Shown here one piece after another: positions 41,418-51,228 of a stretch of 64,000 nt of DNA. The DNA comes from an uncultured cyanobacterium (lineage in GTDB: Bacteria; Cyanobacteriota; Cyanobacteriia; Phormidesmidales; Phormidesmidaceae): NCBI GenBank assembly GCA_963793265.1, contig CAWBZI010000001.1, positions 1,836,121-1,900,120 on the forward strand. Direction: 5' to 3'. Position 1 is the first letter of the stretch. Every line of letters starts with the position of its first letter. The notes beneath the pieces were generated by a model. The model saw only the letters and a program-made list of their open reading frames with translations, was not told where the DNA came from and made no database searches. Both the position numbers and the translations under genes were made by a program.

Positions 41418-41594
41418 GAATTTACCTCTTAGAATCTTTGCCAACTGATAAAGTTAATTTGCCCAGCTAGCTAATTAAGCTGATGAACCAGCCGCCACAA
41501 TCCGTATATTTGTTGAGGTGTGAACGATTTATATCTGTGGGCAGTTTTTATCTAGGTATAAAGCTTTATAGGTTTGTGTTTTGAGGCGATCGCT

Positions 41595-42716
41595 ATGACA
41601 ACTTGGATAAAAGCTATCTCCCGCGCAATGGCTCGCACCAACGCCGTGTGGGACAAAGCCGCAAAGCAAGTTGAAAAGGCCCTCGGCATTCAAGATCCCC
41701 TGCGCATTTTGCCTTATCGAGGCTACGGTACGCCGGACTGGATCTATCTAAAAGGAAGGGTGTTACAAAAGGAAGGCATTGCCCCGCGCGCTGAAGATGC
41801 AGGACTTTTGAAGAATGCGCTCAATATGTATCGTCGCTTTGAATCGGATGAGATTGCTGAGGCTGAAGTACAAATAAGTGTTGGCAATCAGCAGCGCAGC
41901 GTTACGGCGAACAAGGAAGGCTATTTTGAAACGAAGATTGACTTAGAGTCGCCTATCAAACACGATGCGCTCTGGCAAAGTGTCGACCTCAAGCTATTAG
42001 CGCCACCGCCGCCCAAGCAGGACTCTGTAACCGCCAAAGGCAGGATAATCATCGTCTCAAACACCGCCAAATTTGGCGTTATTAGCGATATTGACGACAC
42101 CATTGTCTATACCGCCGCCAATGACTTGTTCAAAATGATTCGGATCGCCTACTTCGGCAACGAACGCAGCCGCCGTCTTTTCTCGGGCGTCGCGCCGTTC
42201 TATCAGGCTCTACAGCATGGCATTGAGCACGAGGGCAACCCAATTTTTTACGTCTCTAGCAGTCCGTGGAACATGTACGATCTGTTTGAGAAGTTCATGG
42301 AAATAAACAACATTCCAAGCGGGCCAATCTTACTCAGAGATATCGAACTCTCTCCGGCAAATCTCATGTCGTTTGAGCATCAGAGTCATAAGAGAGAACA
42401 GATTGATCCGATCTTTGCACAGTTCCCCGATCTACCTTTCATTTTAATTGGCGATAGCGGACAAAAGGATGCTGAGATTTATCGCCGGATTGTAGAAGAC
42501 TATCCTGGTCGAATCTTAGGCGTCTATATTCGCAGCGCAATCCCAAACGATTTAGCCCGCCATCGAGAGCTAGACCAAATTGCTCAGCAGGTGAAAGCGC
42601 AGGGCGTTGAATTTATGGTCTTTTCGGAGACAAGTGTCGTTGCCAAGCACACCGCTAAGCAGGGCTGGATTTCTGAGGAAACGATTTCAGCAATTCAGGC
42701 TGACAAAGGCGTATAA
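41595..42716 (+). CDS. App1/DUF2183 phosphatidate phosphatase family protein
   Basis: ISDIDDT, YVSSSPWN, LIGDSGQKDAEIY HAD-type motifs. Confidence 0.85.
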   Translation: MTTWIKAISRAMARTNAVWDKAAKQVEKALGIQDPLRILPYRGYGTPDWIYLKGRVLQKEGIAPRAEDAGLLKNALNMYRRFESDEIAEAEVQISVGNQQRSVTANKEGYFETKIDLESPIKHDALWQSVDLKLLAPPPPKQDSVTAKGRIIIVSNTAKFGVISDIDDTIVYTAANDLFKMIRIAYFGNERSRRLFSGVAPFYQALQHGIEHEGNPIFYVSSSPWNMYDLFEKFMEINNIPSGPILLRDIELSPANLMSFEHQSHKREQIDPIFAQFPDLPFILIGDSGQKDAEIYRRIVEDYPGRILGVYIRSAIPNDLARHRELDQIAQQVKAQGVEFMVFSETSVVAKHTAKQGWISEETISAIQADKGV

Positions 42717-42770
42717 GGTTATGGATACGGGATTCTAATTTCTCTATGCCTATGCGATTAATAGATCAGT

Positions 42771-42995
42771 CTAAGCAACATTATCCTGCTCTGCAATCAG
42801 TTCGGCAACGAGAGGTTCTGACTGAGTAAGTTGGCTAACTGCCAGGATAGAAAACCCTATGATATTGCCCTCTGCATCTACTCTTTGCATAATGGCATCA
42901 TTGTCTGTCTCCCGCATATAGCCAGGAGCCTCAGAAAACGTTACTTCCAAAAAATCGGCTTCGGGATCGAACTAAACTTTTACTCGCTTTCCCAT
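42771..42995 (-). pseudogene. DUF2283-like small protein with nonsense codon 8
   Basis: Reads MGKRVKV*FDPEADFLEVTFSEAPGYMRETDNDAIMQRVDAEGNIIGFSIL...; TAG at 42974-42972; GAGGA RBS upstream. Confidence 0.75.
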
Positions 42996-43012
42996 GAGTC
43001 ATTTCCTCAACT

Positions 43013-43717
43013 CTAATTCTGTACGCTGCTCGTCTGCCTAACTGACGGCCTCACAGATGGCCCGGCTTCAGGATTCTCAAACTCCCTTCTCTCAATTTCT
43101 CGATTGCGCAATGCCGTTCTCAGCGCCGGAACGTCTTCCTTGAGTATCACCGAAGCCGTGCCCGTATGAATCGTACCGTCCGGGTTAGGAATTACTTCAA
43201 TAATGTATGCGTACAGGTCACCTTCAATCACCTGAGCACGTGAGGCCCGCTGCGTTCCGCGATCTTCAGGGCGACCTGGCGAATAGACTAAAACGGACTG
43301 TCCGCGTCGATAGTCTGCATATATTTCAGCGCCGTAAATCGTTCGCAGCGCATCTTCTAACCGCTCAATGCTGACGCCGCTAATAATATCTACCAGCGTC
43401 AGCTTTTCAGACCGTACGACTAAAGGCTCGTTACTCTGTCTGCGGCGGAGCAAAAGGCTATCACCCGAGCCGCCACCAGGGCCAAAAATAGAACCATGAA
43501 ATGTATATCGCCGTGAGGGTGTGTCATTACGGCGAATCGAGAGTCTTTCTCGGGGATCGGCGCGGAGCGTGGGGTGCGCCTGCATCCAAGCTTCTGCTTC
43601 ATCGACCGATTGACCGGGGAGCGCATGGGCGGTGGCGGTAAGTGCTAGCCAAATACTTGCCCCAATGCTCGTAACAGAAAGTCCAGTCGTCAGTGCCGCT
43701 CGCAGAAGCTTGTTCAT
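43013..43717 (-). CDS. Conserved exported hypothetical protein
   Basis: Signal peptide AHA|LPGQ; probably co-transcribed with ffh (9-bp gap). Confidence 0.75.
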   Translation of the reverse strand: MNKLLRAALTTGLSVTSIGASIWLALTATAHALPGQSVDEAEAWMQAHPTLRADPRERLSIRRNDTPSRRYTFHGSIFGPGGGSGDSLLLRRRQSNEPLVVRSEKLTLVDIISGVSIERLEDALRTIYGAEIYADYRRGQSVLVYSPGRPEDRGTQRASRAQVIEGDLYAYIIEVIPNPDGTIHTGTASVILKEDVPALRTALRNREIERREFENPEAGPSVRPSVRQTSSVQN

Positions 43718-43726
43718 CTTGTTTGT

Positions 43727-45211
43727 TTATAGGGAGCCAAATCCCTTCCTTTTTTTGTTCTTTTTCTTCTTTTTGTTGCTACCAGCCCCCCGCCAGCCGG
43801 GTCTGGGCGCACCGCCACCCATCGGATTACCGCCCATGCCGCCCATTGGGCCGCCCATACCGCCGCCACCCATACCAGGAAAGCTGCCATCTAGGCCCGG
43901 CAGGCCCATTTTGCCCTGCCCCATCTGCTGCATCAGGCCGCGCATTCTCTGAAAGTCAGTCACCAGCTTGCTGATGTCTTTCTCGTTGTAGCCCGCGCCT
44001 TTTGCTACCCGACGCCGACGGCTAGGCGATCCTGCCAATACTTCGGGCTGGGTTCGCTCTTCCATGGTCATTGAATTGATCATGGCCTCACAGCGCTTAA
44101 GCTGCTGCTCACCCTGCTGGAGCTGATCCGATGAGAGCTTATTGCCCATCCCCGGTATCAACTTCATAATTCCCGCCAAAGAGCCCATGTTCTTCATCAA
44201 GCGCGTTTGCTTAAGGAAATCGTTAAAATCGAACTCAGCCGACAGAATTTTCTCCTGAAGCTTCTCAGCATCAGCAATATCAACTTCTTCCTGAGCCTTC
44301 TCTACAAGCGTGAGCACATCGCCCATCCCCAAGATCCGCGACGCCATCCGGTCGGGATAAAAAGGCTGCAACGCCTCTACTTTCTCGCCCACACCAATGA
44401 ATTTGATTGGCTGGCCTGAGATGCGACGAACCGATAGAGCCGCACCCCCGCGCGAGTCGCCATCCATCTTCGTTAAAATCGCGCCCGTGATCCCAATCTC
44501 ATCGTGAAACGTGCGGGTCAGCGTAGCGGCTTCTTGGCCGGTCATCGCATCAACGACCAAGAGCACTTCGTCAGGCTGGGCGACTTCTTTTACCTGAGCC
44601 AGCTCGGCCATCATGTCTTGGTCAATTTGCAGTCGGCCTGCCGTGTCAATAATCACGGTATCAATACCGTCTTCTCTCGCTTTCGCCAAACCCTGACGCG
44701 CAATCTCAACCGGCTTTGCATCCGAGCCAATCTCGAAGACTGGGACATCGATCTGTTTACCCAGCGTGAGTAGCTGATCGATTGCCGCTGGTCGGTAAAC
44801 GTCTGTAGCGACCAGCAAAGCGCTGCGGTTCTGCTTTCTCAGGTGCAGGGCGAGCTTTGCGGTGGCGGTGGTTTTACCCGTACCCTGCAACCCGGCCATG
44901 AGGACGACGGTAGGCTTATTTTCGCTATCGGCCAGGGGCACGTTGGTGTCGCCCATGGTTTCGACGAGTTCGTCGTAGACAATTTTGATAAACTGCTGGT
45001 CGGGCCGGACGCCAGAGACAACATCAGCGCCCTGAGCCTTTTCTTTGACATCAGCGACGAAGCCTTTTACCACGTCTAAATTAACGTCAGCTTCTAGGAG
45101 CGCTCGCCGTACTTCTTTGAGCGCTTCGGTAATATTTGCATCCGAAATTTTGTCCTGGCCGCGAAGCTTTTTCCAGGCGGATTCAAATTGTTCTGAGAGG
45201 GCTTCAAACAT
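43727..45211 (-). CDS. ffh: Signal recognition particle protein
   Basis: GLQGTGKTT, DTAGRLQID, TKMDGDSRGG, M-domain; start MFEAL at 45211. Confidence 0.96.
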   Translation of the reverse strand: MFEALSEQFESAWKKLRGQDKISDANITEALKEVRRALLEADVNLDVVKGFVADVKEKAQGADVVSGVRPDQQFIKIVYDELVETMGDTNVPLADSENKPTVVLMAGLQGTGKTTATAKLALHLRKQNRSALLVATDVYRPAAIDQLLTLGKQIDVPVFEIGSDAKPVEIARQGLAKAREDGIDTVIIDTAGRLQIDQDMMAELAQVKEVAQPDEVLLVVDAMTGQEAATLTRTFHDEIGITGAILTKMDGDSRGGAALSVRRISGQPIKFIGVGEKVEALQPFYPDRMASRILGMGDVLTLVEKAQEEVDIADAEKLQEKILSAEFDFNDFLKQTRLMKNMGSLAGIMKLIPGMGNKLSSDQLQQGEQQLKRCEAMINSMTMEERTQPEVLAGSPSRRRRVAKGAGYNEKDISKLVTDFQRMRGLMQQMGQGKMGLPGLDGSFPGMGGGGMGGPMGGMGGNPMGGGAPRPGWRGAGSNKKKKKNKKRKGFGSL

Positions 45212-45313
45212 AAGACGAAAGCGAGTAGTTGACTTAAATGCGTATCCTCTCATTCTAGAGGCTTCAGTTCCAAATGCTGACGGATGGCGGGGTGATAAGG
45301 TGATTTTGGTGAC

Positions 45314-46348
45314 TTGACCAATGGAGCCGCTGACCTTTTGCCAAAGCCCAAAGCCGCTAAGCCTGAAGAGCATAAAAAAGCCCCTAATAATCGAACGCTA
45401 AGGCTTAGTGAGCAAGAAGCCGATCTGTACGCCGCTCAGCTGAGGGTGCTGAGTGGCCCAACATCCGCCGCAGAGATCCTAAACTGTACGATTCACCAGA
45501 GCCTATTTGACGTGCTGCCCTGGTTGCCGGATAGTTTTGTCGATTTGCTGATTGTCGATCCGCCGTATAACTTGCAAAAGGCGTTTAATGGAACGGTGTT
45601 TAAAGCAAGATCGCCTCAAGCCTACAAAGATTGGCTAATGACCTGGATACCTGAGCTGCCTAGATTGCTAAAACCAAACGCCTCTATATATATGTGCTGC
45701 GACTGGCAGTCGTCTAATGCCATCTATGAGGTGTTTGCCCAATATTTTCAGGTGCGCAATCGCATCACCTGGGAGCGTGAGAAGGGGCGAGGCGCTAAGC
45801 GTAACTGGAAAAATGCGTCTGAAGATATTTGGTTTGGTACGCTCGGCAATGACTACACCTTTAACGTGGAGGCCGTAAAACTACAAAGGCGAGTTCGCGC
45901 ACCATACCGAGATGAGAGCGGAGAGCCGAAAGACTGGCAGGCGACTGAGAGCGGCAATTTTCGCGCTACGCATCCTTCTAACCTGTGGACAGACATCTCT
46001 GTACCCTTTTGGTCAATGCCTGAAAATACAGACCATCCGACGCAAAAGCCTGAGAAGCTGATTGCCAAGATGATATTAGCGAGTTCTCATCCGGGGGATG
46101 TGGTGTTTGATCCTTTCCTGGGCTCGGGGACTACTTCGGTGGTGGCTAAAAAGCTGGGTCGTCAGTATGTGGGTATTGAGCAGGAGCAGATGTATTGCTG
46201 CTTGGCGCAAAAGCGGCTGGCTTTGGCTGAGAAGGATGCGGATGTTCAGGGATATTCAGGCGGGTATTTTTGGGAGCGGAATGTGGGGAGGGGCGATCGC
46301 GAAACATCTGCGAAACAGAATCGCAAAGCAAAAAAAACGTCACAATGA
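45314..46348 (+). CDS. Orphan amino-DNA methyltransferase (N6A/N4C, beta class)
   Basis: DPPY precedes HPTQKP and DPFLGSGTT; TTG start uncertain. Confidence 0.88.
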   Translation: MTNGAADLLPKPKAAKPEEHKKAPNNRTLRLSEQEADLYAAQLRVLSGPTSAAEILNCTIHQSLFDVLPWLPDSFVDLLIVDPPYNLQKAFNGTVFKARSPQAYKDWLMTWIPELPRLLKPNASIYMCCDWQSSNAIYEVFAQYFQVRNRITWEREKGRGAKRNWKNASEDIWFGTLGNDYTFNVEAVKLQRRVRAPYRDESGEPKDWQATESGNFRATHPSNLWTDISVPFWSMPENTDHPTQKPEKLIAKMILASSHPGDVVFDPFLGSGTTSVVAKKLGRQYVGIEQEQMYCCLAQKRLALAEKDADVQGYSGGYFWERNVGRGDRETSAKQNRKAKKTSQ

Positions 46349-46370
46349 CTTGATAGAGCAGGTCGAATAG

Positions 46371-46586
46371 ATGAAGTACTTAATCGTTATTGAAAAAACG
46401 CAGACAGGATTTTCGGCATACTCTCCTGATATTCCTGAATGCGTAACGACAGGCAAATCTCACGAGGAAACTACTGAGAATATGGAAGAGGCGATCACGT
46501 TTCACTTAGAAGGACTCAAGCTCGAAGGGGAACCGCTGCCGCTGCCATCAAGCACATCTGCTTACATAGAGGGAATTGCTGTCTAG
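46371..46586 (+). CDS. HicB-like antitoxin without adjacent HicA
   Basis: YLIVIEK...GFSAYSPDIPECVTTG...E...N..EAI.FHLEGL...GEPLP.P. Confidence 0.82.
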   Translation: MKYLIVIEKTQTGFSAYSPDIPECVTTGKSHEETTENMEEAITFHLEGLKLEGEPLPLPSSTSAYIEGIAV

Positions 46587-46669
46587 TAGCCTCAAAATTC
46601 AGGTGCTATCGAATTCAATGTCTGCTGTAAAGTAGTACATGATTACCAAATAGCATTCTCAATTTCATC

Positions 46670-47182
46670 ATGAATAGCTTGAAGAAAGCGTGTCTAAAAT
46701 CAGAGCTTCTAGAAATAGAGACTTTAGAAGCCGTTGAGCTTAAGTTTTTACTGAAATTATTGGAATCTGAGGAACAGCGATCACCTATTGCTGCATTGAA
46801 GCCCAACAGTCGAACCTCTTTGGCTAAGTGCGATCGCATCTGTCACTCCCTATCCGAAAAAGGGCTCGTTGAATACGACGCAGAGATATTTCGCTTCACG
46901 ATATCTGCACCAGGGCGAATGCTGCTCACCTTGCAAACAACGAGCCTGCCGGTAACACCTGACGAGTTAAAGCTGCTGAGAGTGTGCAAGGGATCGATGA
47001 CGGCTGAGAAGTTAGGCGGGTGTGTGCCAACAGAAGGGCGATCGCAGCTTATCAGCGGTCTGGTGGCGCGTAAGCTTCTTAAGGTTACGAAAAAGGCAAT
47101 TCAAGAAGTGCGGCTGACTGAGATAGGCAAGGCGTTTCTAGCAGCTTATCAAGCTGAATCAATTGGCTCAAAGTCTGCATAG
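46670..47182 (+). CDS. Winged-helix protein resembling the N-terminal part of RcaD-like regulators
   Basis: ELKFLLKLL...C..L...GLVEY...PGR.LL.L....LP.T..ELK.L...EV.LT..G..FL pattern, recognised from memory. Confidence 0.55.
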   Translation: MNSLKKACLKSELLEIETLEAVELKFLLKLLESEEQRSPIAALKPNSRTSLAKCDRICHSLSEKGLVEYDAEIFRFTISAPGRMLLTLQTTSLPVTPDELKLLRVCKGSMTAEKLGGCVPTEGRSQLISGLVARKLLKVTKKAIQEVRLTEIGKAFLAAYQAESIGSKSA

Positions 47183-47257
47183 CCTGGCGAAGCGGCTACT
47201 GTGAAAAATACCGCTGCCACTCACTATTTGATACCAGCAATGTTGTTAGAGTAAATT

Positions 47258-47273
47258 TGTAGCTGACATTACA
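47258..47273. promoter_or_regulatory. NtcA-type site in a long intergenic region
   Basis: TGTA-GCTGACAT-TACA matches GTA-N8-TAC. Confidence 0.45.
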
Positions 47274-47969
47274 AAGCCGCTACGTGATTACCTCATATAT
47301 CAAAGCCAGTTATTACGTTTTTTATAAACTGGTCTACTGATAGCTGCTCAGCGTGACCAATCTGTAGATAATGATAGGTAGCTAGTTTCCTTTGTCCCTG
47401 AGAGCCAGTCACAGCGTTCTATGCCGCTTTATGAAGCTTGCTCACCAGTCGCCTCGACTTGTGTAAAGCCATCGTAAAGTAATATTTAAAACGTTAAGAA
47501 TAACCGTCTAAATTTGCTTAAGAAACCTTTGTCGTGGTTTAACTTACGTAGGTTCTATTTACTTGAGCTAACGCCCGAACGAAGCAGTAACTAAAAGCCC
47601 TTTCAATTAGGCTTCGGGTTATTCTTTAGAAAGCTTACTGACCAACGTTATAGCTATTCGGTGAAACGTTCTTGATCGTAAGTTCAACTCATCTCTTTGA
47701 AGTTTTTTTTAGAGATTTTTCTTTTCTTTTAATCAGTCTTTTCAAAGATACAAATATCTACTCTGATGGATGGCTAAGTTCTTTGATGTTTGCTTCATTT
47801 GAGCTAAGCAATCTGATCAGATAGCGTTATCTATTTGGGATCAGTCGCAAATATTTGTAGTTGAGCTGATGTAGTAGAGCTTAAAGCTTTCGTCAGTAAG
47901 AGGCATGTATATGGAACCTGTCAGGTTAGGACTAAAACTAGCCAATCAAAGTTGAGTGTGAATTTGGTG

Positions 47970-48632
47970 ATGAAAAATAGTGCGTTTAAGAAGGTACAGC
48001 AGCTAGCCGTTGTTTTGTTAGGAGCCAGCGTCGTTTCGGGTTGCCCTAGTCCGACTGCGAGCAATCTGTTAGCTAACAGTGGTATTGAGAAATCGGCTGA
48101 GGCCCAAGAAGTCGTTGCCCTAAGTGAGTCTGTAGGTGCTCAGTCTGCTGTGGACTTTGAAGTGTGCGCGGATGTAGAGAGCTGGCAAAGGCCGACTGAC
48201 GTTGAGCAGGCTAAGCATTTAGGGGCCGATCCCCGCTATGGTGAGGCGATCGCAAGCGGTTCACTTAAAAGCGCCTCTACCCAGTTCTGGAATCATCAGG
48301 TCATCAGCTTTACAACCTATGGTCTAAGCGCGCGTCTAGAACCTGAGAACCTATCGGGTGTGTGGACGGCTACGGATGATTTAGCTAGCTGCTATGTGCC
48401 TGAGACGATGGCGGCGATTAATGAAGGCGATCGCGCTGAAACCTGGCTTTTGAACCATGAGATCGTGGGCTTGGAGAAAGTGGGCGATCGCTACACCATG
48501 ACCGTAGAACCGAGCACCACGGGCCTGCAAGTCATCCAGTTTGAGCGCACAGAAGAACAAGCTAGCCTGCCGCTAGACGTTGTAACCACAAGCGGCAGTC
48601 CGGTAGAAGTTGTCTCTGGCGACTGGCAGTAA
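47970..48632 (+). CDS. Hypothetical lipoprotein
   Basis: Lipobox VVSGC after a basic/hydrophobic leader; start 47952-47970. Confidence 0.72.
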   Translation: MKNSAFKKVQQLAVVLLGASVVSGCPSPTASNLLANSGIEKSAEAQEVVALSESVGAQSAVDFEVCADVESWQRPTDVEQAKHLGADPRYGEAIASGSLKSASTQFWNHQVISFTTYGLSARLEPENLSGVWTATDDLASCYVPETMAAINEGDRAETWLLNHEIVGLEKVGDRYTMTVEPSTTGLQVIQFERTEEQASLPLDVVTTSGSPVEVVSGDWQ

Positions 48633-48658
48633 GCTTAGTTAGAAGAACTATTTTGCAC

Positions 48659-48699
48659 AAAAAAAAGCGCGACCCCTTTTACAAGAGATCGCGCTTTTT
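48659..48699. terminator. Bidirectional intrinsic terminator
   Basis: A-tract, GCGCGA...TCGCGC stem and T-tract between convergent genes. Confidence 0.75.
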
Positions 48700-48722
48700 C
48701 CATGACAGATTGTTGAAGCCTG

Positions 48723-49292
48723 CTACGAATTCATCTTCCGCTTCAGCTCATTCAGCTCCTCTTCAGCTTCCCACTGTCGAAAGCTTTCATCTAAGGGATC
48801 GAGCGATTGGTTAAAGCTATAGGCGCTTTGATTCCACCCAGAGGTGCCCCAGTCAGTACTGACTTTCGGTGCAGCCGCAGCCGCCTGAGCGATTTTCGTC
48901 TTCACTTCCTGGCGCTTCGTTTTCACCCGTTGATACAGCTCTTTCGTCTGTTCGATGCGCTCTTTAACCCCTTTGAGCTGTCCCCAAAGATGATTACCCT
49001 GACGCAGCAAAGCCGCCTCCCGCTCTTGGGCAGGGCCAACCAAATCCTGACGATTCGCCGCTTTCGCTTTAGCCACACGACTGTGCCACTGCTGAATGTC
49101 TTGAGCCGTTTCTAAAATGCTGTTTTCTAGCTGCTTCTCGCGCCGGTTCAAATCACCGAGCAGTCGCACTGAATCTTCTTCCTGCCCGCGTAGCTGATCG
49201 GCCAGTGCCCGCAGCTCTAAATGCGGATTAGCGCGTAAAAATTCATCGAGCCGCGTTTCTAAAAAGCGGCTCAGATCTTCAAATAAGCTCAT
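48723..49292 (-). CDS. TIGR04376-like coiled-coil (PspA-related) protein
   Basis: MSLFEDLSRFLETRLDEFLRANPHLEL N-terminus; F..WE.EEEL..LK C-terminus. Confidence 0.75.
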   Translation of the reverse strand: MSLFEDLSRFLETRLDEFLRANPHLELRALADQLRGQEEDSVRLLGDLNRREKQLENSILETAQDIQQWHSRVAKAKAANRQDLVGPAQEREAALLRQGNHLWGQLKGVKERIEQTKELYQRVKTKRQEVKTKIAQAAAAAPKVSTDWGTSGWNQSAYSFNQSLDPLDESFRQWEAEEELNELKRKMNS

Positions 49293-49340
49293 GGCTCTTA
49301 GCCCATGGTCGGGTCGTAATAAGGGTTGTTCCCTTCCACT

Positions 49341-50879
49341 TTAGAACCTTTGGCCAATGTAGACCGAGCGCACTTCACCATCGCGGCGAACCTGTACGTC
49401 TTGACCGTTCACCGACACGAGCGTCCAGTCAGAAACGCCAATGCGATCGCCCACATAAGCCCGCTGCGAATTACCATCTACATTAAACAAAGCTGCCGAT
49501 CGACTGCCCAAATTCAAGATCCCAACCAAGGCGTGTTCAGAATTTGGCGTAACGTTCGTAATAGCAGCGGCTGCGTTCGTAGGGGCTACCGCGATTGTTG
49601 TGCTAGGGGCAGGGGTTGGTAAACTGCCAGCGCCCACTGGCACGATAGGAATAGAAGGCGTGGCGTTGCTAGGTGCGCCGGGTGGAATAGCAGCGGCAGC
49701 GGCGACAGGTGCGGGAACGGGAACCGTGGGTTTTTGAGCCTGGCTAGGCAGCGCGACTGCTGGAAGTGGAGGGGCGACAGGTGCGGGCGCAGCGGCCTGA
49801 GCGCTGTTTTGATTTTGGTAGACCGGTACGAATACGCGCTCAATTACGTTGGCAGCGGCTTTTGCACCAGGCAGGTTAGGCAGTACGCCAACAGGCGCTG
49901 CTGGGTTCGTATTCGGGACTGTCGTAGGCACCGTAGGCGCGCTATTAACGACAGGAAGCACGGCAACGGTTTGATTCGCTTGAGCTTCGCGAGCGCTAAT
50001 GACATCTATCGATTGCTGCAAATAGGCCAGAAAGTCTTCGGTTGAATTATCTGGTAGCTCTGCAGCAGCAGCTTCTCTGTTGAGTGAAAGCAGCCAGCCG
50101 TTGTTGGGTGCGTTTTGGCTCAGCGTCCAAAGCCCTAAGCTGCTGACGGCTGAAATACTCGCCGCGCCGATGAGGAGAAAGGGTAGAGAAACCGGCTGAG
50201 ACTGTGGCTTTGCCCGAGGCTCAAAGATAGTTTGCGGGGGTCTAGCTGAGGCGTTCGCTAATGTTAGCTCTGTATAGGACTGCTCGGGATAAAGGTAGTT
50301 GGAAATGCTTTGAATAGGCGATGGCTCATCTTGTGGCGCAACGGGCCATCGCGTGTTGGCGGGCGCGCTATAGAGCTGAGCGTTTGGGGACTGGACTGGG
50401 GTTTGAATGACGGCGGTTTGAAGATTGCCTGAGCGGGCAGCCGTTGGACGGGCAGCGGTCACGGGTCTGCCGCCGCCGTAGCTCATAGAGCGGTTATTGA
50501 TGGGCTGGCGGCTGAGGTTTATGGCCGAGCTGGTATGTGGAATTGGTTGCGCCTGTCGGCTGGCTGGCTGGCTGGGCTGGGCGACTGGCCGGTATTCAGG
50601 CTGGCGGCTGGCGGCTACGGTAGCGCGGTAGATGTCAGCGGCACTTTGAGGCACAAAGTTATCTGGTAGCTGAACGGTTCTAGTAGAAGGGTTGATCGGC
50701 TTTGCATTGTGATTCACAACCGTCATGTAGCTGCTCAGGTCGCCTTCTAATATCTGATCTACATCTGAGAACAGATCGTCCATCAAGTCATCGCTGTAGG
50801 CGTCCGCCGCTCTAGTTGAGGGCGGCAGCTCTGAACCGAAAGCAGTTTTTTGGCTGTTGGAATGGCTGTTCGAGATCAT
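49341..50879 (-). CDS. Pro/Ala-rich membrane-anchored protein with C-terminal PilP/GspC-like domain
   Basis: Central TM; C-terminal LVGILNLGSRSAALF.V.G......VGD.IG...W.LV. Confidence 0.7.
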   Translation of the reverse strand: MISNSHSNSQKTAFGSELPPSTRAADAYSDDLMDDLFSDVDQILEGDLSSYMTVVNHNAKPINPSTRTVQLPDNFVPQSAADIYRATVAASRQPEYRPVAQPSQPASRQAQPIPHTSSAINLSRQPINNRSMSYGGGRPVTAARPTAARSGNLQTAVIQTPVQSPNAQLYSAPANTRWPVAPQDEPSPIQSISNYLYPEQSYTELTLANASARPPQTIFEPRAKPQSQPVSLPFLLIGAASISAVSSLGLWTLSQNAPNNGWLLSLNREAAAAELPDNSTEDFLAYLQQSIDVISAREAQANQTVAVLPVVNSAPTVPTTVPNTNPAAPVGVLPNLPGAKAAANVIERVFVPVYQNQNSAQAAAPAPVAPPLPAVALPSQAQKPTVPVPAPVAAAAAIPPGAPSNATPSIPIVPVGAGSLPTPAPSTTIAVAPTNAAAAITNVTPNSEHALVGILNLGSRSAALFNVDGNSQRAYVGDRIGVSDWTLVSVNGQDVQVRRDGEVRSVYIGQRF

Positions 50880-51228
50880 GATTCAGCGTGTGGGGTAAAG
50901 CTTCTTAAGAGCAGGAACTGGATGAAGCTGGAGCAGAGGAATAGTGACTATTTCGTGGATGATTTGCTGGGTCTTTCGCGCAAGTCATCCAATTGAAGGG
51001 AAGATCATACATCAATCCAAAAGCGACTACAGTGACCGCTATCTCTACTCAAGTTCAGTCCCATCAAACTTCGATGATATTTATGCAAACTAATATGCCC
51101 GGCTGTCTAATCAACCTATCAAGTTCTAATGTTCAATCTTTCGGACATTACATTGAGGATCTTCCGTTTTGATGGGATTGAGAGTAGCGGTTCGCTTGGT
51201 ATGATCTCGTCAGGTTTTGGGTGAATGT

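Noticed and set aside
42972..42974. Recoded TAG (pyrrolysine or readthrough)
   Set aside because: No pyl genes or other support; a one-base change from TGG is simpler.
42831..43016. 61-aa plus-strand ORF
   Set aside because: Antisense shadow of the DUF2283-like pseudogene.
45314..47182. Restriction-modification or defence island
   Set aside because: No nuclease motifs in neighbouring ORFs.
51002..51207. 6S RNA or MITE identity for the murF upstream structure
   Set aside because: No symmetric central bubble or recognisable 6S sequence; arms have unequal length and no target duplication is visible.
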